From assembly GCA_963742735.1 (NCBI GenBank), contig CAVUMN010000003.1, positions 704,001-768,000 of the forward strand: a DNA stretch of 64,000 nucleotides. The letters are read 5' to 3'. This document shows positions 28,899-39,035 of this stretch, piece after piece (the stretch's first letter is position 1; every line of letters begins with the position of its first letter). Below the pieces are notes generated by a model. It had not been told where the DNA came from, did no database searches, and saw only the letters and a program-made list of their open reading frames with translations. The DNA comes from an uncultured Actinomycetes bacterium. Its GTDB lineage: Bacteria; Actinomycetota; UBA4738; JBBDTT01. The translations under genes were made by a program, and so were the position numbers.

Positions 28899-29435
28899 AT
28901 GAGCGGCCGAGAGCGACGGCTACTGATGGTGCTGGGCGGTGTCGCGGTGCTCGCGGCGGTCTGGTTCCTGTTCTTGCGGGGCGGCGGCGAGGAGCCGATC
29001 GACCAGCCCACCGCGCTGCCCCCGATCGTCGCGCCCGAGCCCGTTCCGACGGTCAGCGGCCCGCCCAAGCTGCCGCCGCTGGCGATCTTCGGCGGACGCG
29101 ACCCGTTCTTCCCGCTGGTCCTGCCGCCCACCGCCGGAGGGGGGACGGTCGCGCCGACCACGTCCGCCCCCACGTCACCGGGACCGTCGGTCTCCCCGGC
29201 TCCGCCGCCGTCGGGCGGCAACGGGATCGGCGGCCACGACGTTCGGGTGCTCGACATCTTCGTGCGCAACGGGGAGGAGCTCGTCCAGGTCGAGGTGGAC
29301 GGCGACGTGTTCACGGTGGGCGAGGGAGACACGTTCGCCGGGAACTTCAAGGTCGTCTCGATCGACGGGCAGTGCGCCACGTTCCTGTTCGGCGACGAGC
29401 AGTTCACGAGGTGCGAACCCGGCGTCAACAAGTAA
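28899..29435 (+). CDS. PilP-position membrane-anchored protein
   Basis: TM anchor, Pro-rich linker with RDPF motif, small beta-rich C-terminal domain with two Cys. Confidence 0.6.
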   Translation: MSGRERRLLMVLGGVAVLAAVWFLFLRGGGEEPIDQPTALPPIVAPEPVPTVSGPPKLPPLAIFGGRDPFFPLVLPPTAGGGTVAPTTSAPTSPGPSVSPAPPPSGGNGIGGHDVRVLDIFVRNGEELVQVEVDGDVFTVGEGDTFAGNFKVVSIDGQCATFLFGDEQFTRCEPGVNK

Positions 29436-29490
29436 GCAAACACCACCCATAGACGTCCGGCGGCCACACCGGGGGGAGCGGCCGCCGGCC

Positions 29491-29526
29491 CAGAGACGCG
29501 GTTCGAGCGATCGAGCCGCGTCTCTG
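29491..29526 (+). terminator. hairpin ending the pil locus
   Basis: 16-bp stem (one G-U) CAGAGACGCGGTTCGA-GCGA-TCGAGCCGCGTCTCTG followed by CATTT. Confidence 0.65.
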
Positions 29527-29588
29527 CATTTGAAGCCTCAGCTGGGTTCCACCCTCGGCCTACCAGTCCTGCCTACACTGTTCGAACG

Positions 29589-30755
29589 ATGCTTCGTCTC
29601 CTGACCGCCGGTGAGTCGCACGGCCGCGGCCTCGTGGCCGTGCTCGAGGGCCTGCCCGCCGGCGTGCCGTTCACGCTCAAGGAGGTCAACGCCGAGCTCG
29701 CCCGCCGCCGTCACGGCTACGGCCGCGGCGGCCGGATGAAGCTCGAGCAGGACACCACCACCCTGCTCGGCGGGGTTCGGTTCGGCCGTACCCTGGGAAG
29801 CCCCATCGCCATCGTCATCGACAACACCGAGTGGCCGAAGTATCGCGACCGGATGGACCCCGAGGCCGAGCCTCCCGAGCTCGCCGAGGAGCCCCTGACC
29901 CGGCCCCGGCCCGGCCACGCCGACCTGGTGGGCATGCAGAAGTACGGCTTCGACGACGCCCGCAACGTGCTGGAGCGGGCCAGCGCCCGCGAGACCGCCT
30001 CGCGTGTGGCGGCCGGCGCGGCGTGCAAGGCCTTCCTGGGCGAGCTCGGGATCGAGATCCTGTCCCACGTCGTGGCGATCGGGACCGTCCGCAGCCGCTC
30101 GTCGAGGGTCCCGGTCCCGGCCGACCTCGACGCGATCGACGCGTCGGCGGTTCGGTGCGCCGACCCGCGGGCCGAGCCGAAGATGATCGCGGCGATCGAC
30201 GCCGCGCGGAAGGCCCGCGACACCCTGGGCGGCGTGTTCGAGGTCGTCGTCCACGGCGCGCCCCCCGGCCTGGGCTCGCACGTGCACTACGACCGCAAGC
30301 TCGACGCCCGCCTGGCGCTGGCCCTGATGAGCATCCAGGCCATCAAGGGCGTGGAGGTCGGCGACGGGTTCGCCACGGCGGCCCGGCCGGGCTCCCGCGC
30401 CCACGACGAGATCGTCTCCCGGGCCGGAGCGCTCACCCGGCGGACGGGGCGCTCCGGCGGCACCGAGGGCGGCATGAGCACCGGCGAGCCCATCCGCGTC
30501 CGCGCGGCCATGAAGCCCCTGTCCACGCTGTCGCGGCCCCTTGGCACGGTCGACCTCGCCACCGGCAAGGCGGCCGTCGCCATCAAGCAGCGCACCGACA
30601 CGTGCGCGGTCCCCGCCGCCGGGGTGGTGGGCGAGGCCGCGGTCGCGCTGGTCGTCGCCGACGCCGTCCTGGAGAAGTTCGGGGGCGACTCCGTGGCCGA
30701 GACGCGCCGCAACCTGGAGGCCTATCGGGACTCTCTCGGACCCGACCGGGCGTGA
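29589..30755 (+). CDS. aroC: chorismate synthase
   Basis: [36 protein letters not shown]. Confidence 0.97.
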   Translation: MLRLLTAGESHGRGLVAVLEGLPAGVPFTLKEVNAELARRRHGYGRGGRMKLEQDTTTLLGGVRFGRTLGSPIAIVIDNTEWPKYRDRMDPEAEPPELAEEPLTRPRPGHADLVGMQKYGFDDARNVLERASARETASRVAAGAACKAFLGELGIEILSHVVAIGTVRSRSSRVPVPADLDAIDASAVRCADPRAEPKMIAAIDAARKARDTLGGVFEVVVHGAPPGLGSHVHYDRKLDARLALALMSIQAIKGVEVGDGFATAARPGSRAHDEIVSRAGALTRRTGRSGGTEGGMSTGEPIRVRAAMKPLSTLSRPLGTVDLATGKAAVAIKQRTDTCAVPAAGVVGEAAVALVVADAVLEKFGGDSVAETRRNLEAYRDSLGPDRA

Positions 30756-31246
30756 AGAACGTGTACCTCGTCGGGATGCCGGGCTCGGGCAAGTCGACCG
30801 TCGGCCGCCTGCTGTCCGAACGGCTGCGGGTTGCGTTCCTGGACCTGGACGCCCGCATCGAGGCCGACGCCGGCCGGACCATCGACGCCATCTACGCTTC
30901 GGACGGCGAGGAAGCGTTCCGCGAGCTGGAGCAGGGCGCGCTGGCCGACGTGATCGCGACCTCGGACACGGTCGTGTCCTGCGGCGGCGGGGTCGTCCTG
31001 CGCCCGGAGAACCGCGAGCGGCTGAAGGCCGCCGGGCGGGTCGTGTGGCTCGACGTCCCGAGCGCGGTCCTGGACGCCCGGGTCAAGCACGAGCCCCGGG
31101 GCCGCCCCATCGTGACGATGACGGAGTCGCTCGGCCCGGTCGCCGAGGAGCGCCGGCCCCTGTATCGGGAGGTGTCCACGATGATCGTGGACGCCGATCG
31201 GGCGCCCGCGGACGTGGCCTCGGACGTGGCGAGGCTGCTCTCGTGA
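30752..31246 (+). CDS. aroK: shikimate kinase
   Basis: [28 protein letters not shown]. Confidence 0.94.
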   Translation: MKNVYLVGMPGSGKSTVGRLLSERLRVAFLDLDARIEADAGRTIDAIYASDGEEAFRELEQGALADVIATSDTVVSCGGGVVLRPENRERLKAAGRVVWLDVPSAVLDARVKHEPRGRPIVTMTESLGPVAEERRPLYREVSTMIVDADRAPADVASDVARLLS

Positions 31247-32322
31247 GGACGATCGAGGTCGCGGTTCCCGGGGCCCCGTACGAGGTCCGGGTGGGACGCG
31301 GCCTGCTCGGCGATCCCGCGCAGCTCCCGGAGCTGCCCGGCGCCGAGAAGGCGTTCGTGGTCTCCGACGCCAATGTCGCCGGGCTGTACGGGGAGTCGCT
31401 GTCGGCCGCGCTGGCCGGGCTGGGCCTGCCCGCCGTTCCCCTGACCGTCGCCCCCGGTGAGGCCACCAAGAGCCTGGAGACCGCGCAGGTCCTGTACCAG
31501 CAGCTGGCGATGCAGGAGGCCCATCGCGACGACCCCATCGTCGCCCTCGGCGGCGGCGTGGTCGGCGACCTGGCGGGGTTCGTCGCCGCGACCTACATGC
31601 GCGGCGTCCCGTTCCTGCAGGTCCCCACGACCCTGCTCGCCCAGGTCGACGCGTCGATCGGCGGCAAGGTCGGGGTCAACCTGACCCGAGGCAAGAACCT
31701 GGTCGGCGCGTTCCATCAGCCCCGCCGCGTCATCGCCGACGTCGATGCGCTCGCGACGCTCGACGACCGCGAGTTCCGCTCGGGGCTGGCCGAGGTGGCG
31801 AAGTACGGGTTCGCGGTCGACCCCGGCATCCTGGACGTGCTGGAGAGCGCGCTGGGCGAGGTCGTGCAGCGCGATCCCGACCGGCTCGAGGACCTGGTCG
31901 CGCGGTGCGCGGCGGCCAAGGGAGCGATCGTGGGGGAGGACGAGCGCGAGCGCGGCCGGCGGGCGTTCCTGAACTACGGGCACACCCTCGGCCACGCACT
32001 GGAGCGGCTCGACGACTACCGCGGCCGATCGCACGGGGAGGCCGTGGCGGTGGGGATGGCGTTCGCCGCCCGCCTGGCGGCCGACCTGGGGATGTGCGAC
32101 CCCGCGCTGGTCGGGCGCCACCTTCGGGTGCTCGCCTCGCTCGGGTTGCCGCACGGCGCCGAGGGCGTGGACGTCGAACAGGTCCTGGAGGTCATGCGTC
32201 TGGACAAGAAGTACCGCCACGGCCTGCGGTTCGCCCTGCTCGAGGACGTCGGCCGCCCGCGCCTGGTGGAGGACGTCGCCGAGGACGCCGTGCGCGCCGC
32301 GATCGAGGGGCTTCGGTCGTGA
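31243..32322 (+). CDS. aroB: 3-dehydroquinate synthase
   Basis: GEATK, LGGGVVGD, VPTTLLAQVDASIGGK, LNYGHTLGHALE, HGEAV. Confidence 0.96.
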   Translation: MRTIEVAVPGAPYEVRVGRGLLGDPAQLPELPGAEKAFVVSDANVAGLYGESLSAALAGLGLPAVPLTVAPGEATKSLETAQVLYQQLAMQEAHRDDPIVALGGGVVGDLAGFVAATYMRGVPFLQVPTTLLAQVDASIGGKVGVNLTRGKNLVGAFHQPRRVIADVDALATLDDREFRSGLAEVAKYGFAVDPGILDVLESALGEVVQRDPDRLEDLVARCAAAKGAIVGEDERERGRRAFLNYGHTLGHALERLDDYRGRSHGEAVAVGMAFAARLAADLGMCDPALVGRHLRVLASLGLPHGAEGVDVEQVLEVMRLDKKYRHGLRFALLEDVGRPRLVEDVAEDAVRAAIEGLRS

Positions 32323-32753
32323 AGGCCCTCGTCCTGCTGGGGCCGAACCTGGGGGCGCTGGGGCGCCGCGATCCGGAGACGTACGGGGCCGCATCGCTGG
32401 AGGACGTCCGGGCCGAGCTGGAGGCGTGGGGGAGCGAGCACGGCCACGAGGTCGAGGTGGCCCAGTCGGATCACGAGGGCGAACTGGTCGGGCGGCTGCT
32501 GGCGGCCAAGGAGGACGGCTTCGGCGGGGTCGCCCTGAACCCGGGCGGGCTGACCCACTACTCGATCTCGCTGCGCGACGCGGTCGAGGCCGCGGGCGTC
32601 CCCGTGGTCGAGGTGCACCAGTCGAACATCTACGCGCGCGAGGAGTTCCGCCGCCATTCCGTGATCACGGAGGTGTGCGCCGGGGCCATCGTGGGCCTGG
32701 GGACCCGCGGGTATGCTCTGGCGTTGGAGGCCCTCCGATGGATCACCGAGTAA
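32319..32753 (+). CDS. aroQ: type II 3-dehydroquinate dehydratase
   Basis: GPNL..LGRR.PE.YG, QSDHEG, NPGGLTHYS, EVHQSN, REEFR. Confidence 0.94.
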   Translation: MKALVLLGPNLGALGRRDPETYGAASLEDVRAELEAWGSEHGHEVEVAQSDHEGELVGRLLAAKEDGFGGVALNPGGLTHYSISLRDAVEAAGVPVVEVHQSNIYAREEFRRHSVITEVCAGAIVGLGTRGYALALEALRWITE

Positions 32754-33812
32754 GACGCGAACGACTGGCCGAGCGCCTGCCCGATCTGGGCGTCGACGCG
32801 CTGCTGATCAGCCGCCTGGTCAACGTTCGGTACCTGACCGGGTTCACCGGCTCGAACGGCCAGCTGCTGCTGACGGGCCGGGGCGGCAGGTTCTTCACCG
32901 ACTTCCGCTACGAGGAGCAGTCCGCGCACGAGGTCCCCGACCTGGAGCGGACGATCTACCGGACGACGTTCCACGACGCCTTCACGCCCGCCTGCTCGGA
33001 CCTGTGGGTGAAGCGGCTGGGCTTCGAGGCCCCCGGCGTCACCTATCAGTTCTTCCGCGACCTCGGCGAGAAGACTCCCGGGGTCGAGCTCGTCCCGATC
33101 GGGCCCGAGGTCGAGAAGCTCCGCTGGGTCAAGGACCCCGAGGAGCTCGGGAAGATCCGCCGGGCCCAGGCCATCACCGACGAGGGCTTCGAGAAGGTCA
33201 TCGGCAAGCTCGCCGAGGGGCATGACCGAGCGCGACGTCGCCCTGGAGCTCGAGTTCGCCATGCGAGCGGCCGGCGGCGACGGCCTGGCCTTCGACACCA
33301 TCGCCGCGTTCGGCGAGAACGCGGCCGAGCCCCATCACGCGCCGACCGGCCGGGCCCTGGCCCGCGGCGACGTCGTCAAGCTCGACTTCGGCGCGCTGGC
33401 CGATGGCTACCACTCGGACATGACCCGGACGGTGGCGTTCGGCGACCCCGGCCCGAGGATCCGCGAGATCTACGCGATCGTGCAGGAGGCCCAGCAGGCC
33501 GGGATCGACGCGGTCCGCGCGGGCGTGGTCGGCCGCGACGCCGACGCCGTCGCGCGGAAGGTCATCGCCGATGCCGGGTACGGCGAGCAGTACGGGCACT
33601 CGCTCGGCCACGGGGTGGGCCTGGAGATCCACGAGGGCCCGACGCTGCGGGCCGCCTCCGAGGAGGTCCTCCCGGCCGGCGCGGTGGTCACCGTGGAGCC
33701 GGGCATCTACCTTCCCGGGGTCGGCGGCGTGCGCATCGAGGACATGGTCGAGGTGACCGAGGACGGATGCGTGCCGATGCCCTCGACCCCCAAGGACCTG
33801 CGCGTCCTGTAG
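32738..33812 (+). pseudogene. pepQ: Xaa-Pro dipeptidase (M24), apparent +1 frameshift at 33217-33220 (likely sequence error)
   Basis: N-half (NVRYLTGFTGS, TDFRY) from ATG 32738; C-half (D..GYHSDMTRT, HSLGHGVGLEIHE, EPGIY, RIED) in another frame; removing one G joins them. Confidence 0.8.
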
Positions 33813-33832
33813 ATCGACGAAAGGAACCCCTG

Positions 33833-34399
33833 TTGAGCGTCTCCACCAACGACCTGAAGCGGGGCATGACCCTCGACCTGGACGGCACGCTGTTCCAGGT
33901 CCTGGAGTACCAGCACCACAAGCCCGGCAAGGGCAACGCCGTCGTGCGGACGAAGCTCCGCAACGTGAAGACCGGGGCGGTCCTGGACAAGACCTTCAAC
34001 TCCGACGAGAAGGTCGGCATGGCCCGAGTGGACCGCAACGAGATGCAGTACCTGTATCGCGAGGGCGGCGACCTGGTGTTCATGGACTCGACGAGCTACG
34101 AGCAGCTCCACGTCCCGGCGGAGGCCGTCGGCGACGCCGTGAAGTACCTGGTCGAGGGGATGTCGCCGGTCGTCGCCACGCATGAGGGCCAGGTCCTGGG
34201 CGTGGAGCTCCCGGCGTCGGTGGTGCTGAAGGTCACCAAGAGCGACCCCGGCGTGAAGGGCAACACCTCCAGCGGCGCGACCAAGCCGGCGACGCTGGAG
34301 ACGGGGATCACCGTCCAGGTCCCGCTGTTCGTCGAGCAGGGCGACTCGCTGAAGATCGACACCCGCACCGGCGAGTACCTCACCCGCGAGAAGGGCTAG
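33833..34399 (+). CDS. efp: elongation factor P
   Basis: TTG after AAGGA; HKPGKG, PGVKGNT, KPATLETG, VPLF, DTRTGEY. Confidence 0.96.
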   Translation: MSVSTNDLKRGMTLDLDGTLFQVLEYQHHKPGKGNAVVRTKLRNVKTGAVLDKTFNSDEKVGMARVDRNEMQYLYREGGDLVFMDSTSYEQLHVPAEAVGDAVKYLVEGMSPVVATHEGQVLGVELPASVVLKVTKSDPGVKGNTSSGATKPATLETGITVQVPLFVEQGDSLKIDTRTGEYLTREKG

Positions 34400-34406
34400 C
34401 CGCCGC

Positions 34407-34811
34407 GTGCCCCGGCGTAGGACCGCGCGCCGCCGGGCCATCGACGTCCTGTACCAGGCCGACCTGACCGAGCGCGCCCCGAGCGAGGTGCTGGCCGAGC
34501 GCGACGCGCTGGAGCGGATCGCCCCCGTGTACGCCCGGGAGTGCGTGCTCGGCGTCCAGGACCGGCTCGGCGAGATCGACCGGGTGCTGGGGGAGGCGGC
34601 GGAGGGGTGGACGGTGGCCCGGATGCCGGCGGTGGACCGGGCGATCCTGCGCCTGGCCGCCTACGAGATCCTGTATCGCGATGACGTGCCGGACGCCGTG
34701 ATCATCAACGAGGCGGTGGAGTCGGCGAAGGAGCTTTCGACGGAGGCGTCGCGGGGGTTCGTGAACGGCCTGCTGGGCAAGATCGCGCGAGACCGCGCGG
34801 CCGCGGGCTGA
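34407..34811 (+). CDS. nusB: transcription antitermination factor NusB
   Basis: RRTARRRA..LYQ, VDRAILR, INEAVE.AK, FVNGLL. Confidence 0.95.
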   Translation: MPRRRTARRRAIDVLYQADLTERAPSEVLAERDALERIAPVYARECVLGVQDRLGEIDRVLGEAAEGWTVARMPAVDRAILRLAAYEILYRDDVPDAVIINEAVESAKELSTEASRGFVNGLLGKIARDRAAAG

Positions 34812-34816
34812 GCCGC

Positions 34817-35011
34817 CTAGTCGGGCGGAGGGGACTTCTTGGCGTCGGCGGGCTCGTCCTCGTCGACCTGTCCCTCGCGGAGGCCCTCCTTGAACTCCTT
34901 GGAGGAGCGGCCGAGCGAGCGCGCGAGCTCGGGGAGCTTCCGCGCCCCGAACAGGAGCACGATCGCAACCACGATCAGGATGATCTCGGGCGGTCCGATG
35001 TTCGCCAGCAC
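34817..35011 (-). CDS. tatA: twin-arginine translocase TatA
   Basis: IG.PE...LLFGARKLPELARSLGRS..EFK. Confidence 0.93.
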   Translation of the reverse strand: MLANIGPPEIILIVVAIVLLFGARKLPELARSLGRSSKEFKEGLREGQVDEDEPADAKKSPPPD

Positions 35012-35049
35012 GCGATCAGTCTACGCCCGCGGTGTATGCTTCGGGACGA

Positions 35050-36630
<1,581 letters not shown>

Positions 36631-36634
<4 letters not shown>

Positions 36635-37911
36635 AGACGCTCTTCAAGGGAGCGCGCGTGGTGGACCCGGCCTCCGGGCGCGACGAGACCGCCGACGTGC
36701 TGGTCGTCGACGAGGCCATCGAGGCGGTGGGCAACGGCGGCGCGAAGGGCGCCGGCGTGGTCGACGCCGCGGGCCTGGTGCTGGCCCCGGGGTTCGTGGA
36801 CCTCCACGCCCATCTGCGCGAGCCGGGCCGCGAGGACGCCGAGACCATCGAGACCGGCTCCCGCGCGGCGGCGATGGGCGGCTACACGGCGGTGTGCGCG
36901 ATGCCCAACACCGAGCCGGTGGCCGACAACGCGGCGGTGATCATGGAGGTCCGCAACCTGGCCGACAAGGCCGGGCTGGTGGACGTCCACCCCGCCGGGG
37001 CCATCACCAAGCGGATCGAGGGCGAGGAGCTCGCGGAGATCGGCGAGATGGCCGAGCTCGGGGTCCGCCTGTTCACCGACGACCACAACTGCGTGCAGTC
37101 CGCCCAGGTCATGCGGATGGCCCTGGAGTACGCGAAGGCGTTCGACGTGGTGCTCTCCCAGCACGCCCAGGAGGGGACCCTCTCCGAGGGCTGGCAGATG
37201 CACGAGGGCTACTACTCGAGCCTGCTCGGCCTGAAGGGCACCCCGGGCGAGGCGGAGTCGATCATCGTCGCCCGCGACCTGCAGCTGGCCGCGCTGACCG
37301 CCGGCCGCATCCACTTCACGCATCTCTCCGCCGCTCGCTCCGCCGAGCTCATCGCGCGCGAACGCGACGGTGACATCCGGGTCAGTGCGGATGTGACTCC
37401 CCACCACCTCACCTTCACCGACGAGGACCTTCAGTCCTACGACACGAATCTGCGGTTCAACCCTCCGCCTCGGTCCTTGGACGACCGGTCGGGTCTCCGG
37501 GCTGGCGTTCAGCGGGGTGTCATCGATGCGATCGCCACCGACCACGCGCCGCATGCCGTCGAGGACAAGGAGGTTGAATTCGATCAGGCCCGTCCGGGCA
37601 CCATCGGGCTCGAGACGGCCCTGGCCGCGTCCCTCACGGCGCTCGAGATCGACCTTCCCGGCCTCGTCGGCGCGATGTCCACGAACCCGGCCCGGATCCT
37701 GGGGCTGGCCGACCAGGGGGGGCCGATCGAGCCGGGGCGGCCGGCGAACCTCGTCCTGTTCGACCCGGCCGCGGAGTGGACGGTCGGAGAACGCCCGTTC
37801 GCGTCGAGGTCGCGGAACTCCGCCTTCCTGGGGCGCACGCTCACCGGCCGGGTGGTCCACACGATGCTCCGGGGCCGGTTCACCGTGCGCGACGGCGAGG
37901 GGGCCTGGTGA
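36631..37911 (+). CDS. pyrC: dihydroorotase
   Basis: [31 protein letters not shown]. Confidence 0.95.
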
Positions 37912-39032
37912 CGTCGCGGGACGCGCTCCTGGTCCTGGAGGACGGCACGTCCTTCCGCGGACGCGGCTTCGGGGCGACCGGGGAGACGTTCGGCGAGGCC
38001 GTGTTCAACACCGGCATGTCCGGCTACCAGGAGGTCCTGACCGATCCCTCCTACGCGAATCAGATCGTCACCATGACCAGCCCGCAGATCGGCAACTACG
38101 GCGTGAACGACGCCGACGCCGAGTCCGACCGGATCCAGGTGGCCGGCTTCGTGGTCCGGGAGGTGTCACGCCGCGTCAGCAACTGGCGGTCCGAGCGCTC
38201 CCTGCAGGAGGAGCTCGAATCGGCCGGGGTGATCGGCATCGAGGGCATCGACACGCGCCGGCTGGTCCTGCACATCCGCACCCTGGGGGCGATGCGCGCG
38301 GGCATCTCCACCGAGGACCTCGACCCGGCGAGCCTGGTCGCGCGGGTGAAGGAGCAGCCGGGCATGGAGGGCGCCGACCTGGCCAAGGAGGTCTCGACGC
38401 GCGAGCCGTACGCGGCCGCCGACATCGCCGGGGAGCTCCCCGCGTTCCAGGGTCAGCGGTACCGTGTGGCCGCCTACGACTTCGGGATCAAGCGAAACAT
38501 CCTCCGCCTGCTGGAGGCCAACGGCTGTGAGACCACCGTCTACCCGGCGGAGACCCCTGCCGAGACGATCCTGGAGGGCGGCTACGACGGCGTCTTCCTG
38601 TCGAACGGGCCGGGCGACCCCGCGGCCACCCGCTACGGGATCGAGGCCATCAAGGGGCTGCTCGGCAAGACGCCGGTGTTCGGGATCTGCCTGGGCCACC
38701 AGCTGCTCGGGCTGGCGCTCGGCGGGCGGTCGTACAAGCTCATGTTCGGGCACCGGGGCTCGAACCAGCCGGTACTCAACCGCGACACCCGCAAGGTCGA
38801 GGTCACCAGCCATAACCACGGGTTCGCCATCGAGGGCGCCTCGCTCGAGGGCGGCTCCGACTTCGGCGAGGTGAGCCTGACCCACTGGAACCTGAACGAC
38901 GACACGCTCGAGGGCCTCCGCTGCCACGACGTGCCCGCCTTCTCGGTCCAGTACCACCCCGAGGCCGCGCCCGGCCCCCACGACAGCCGGTACCTGTTCG
39001 ACCGCTTTCGCGAATTGATGGGGGCTCAGTAA
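37908..39032 (+). CDS. carA: carbamoyl-phosphate synthase small subunit
   Basis: FNTGMSGYQE, SNGPGDP, GICLGHQ, QYHPE. Confidence 0.97.
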   Translation: MTSRDALLVLEDGTSFRGRGFGATGETFGEAVFNTGMSGYQEVLTDPSYANQIVTMTSPQIGNYGVNDADAESDRIQVAGFVVREVSRRVSNWRSERSLQEELESAGVIGIEGIDTRRLVLHIRTLGAMRAGISTEDLDPASLVARVKEQPGMEGADLAKEVSTREPYAAADIAGELPAFQGQRYRVAAYDFGIKRNILRLLEANGCETTVYPAETPAETILEGGYDGVFLSNGPGDPAATRYGIEAIKGLLGKTPVFGICLGHQLLGLALGGRSYKLMFGHRGSNQPVLNRDTRKVEVTSHNHGFAIEGASLEGGSDFGEVSLTHWNLNDDTLEGLRCHDVPAFSVQYHPEAAPGPHDSRYLFDRFRELMGAQ

Positions 39033-39035
39033 CCG

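Noticed and set aside
32426-34399. Apparent PepQ-EF-P fusion protein
   Set aside because: Produced by a one-base frameshift; middle part is off-frame pepQ and efp has its own SD and TTG
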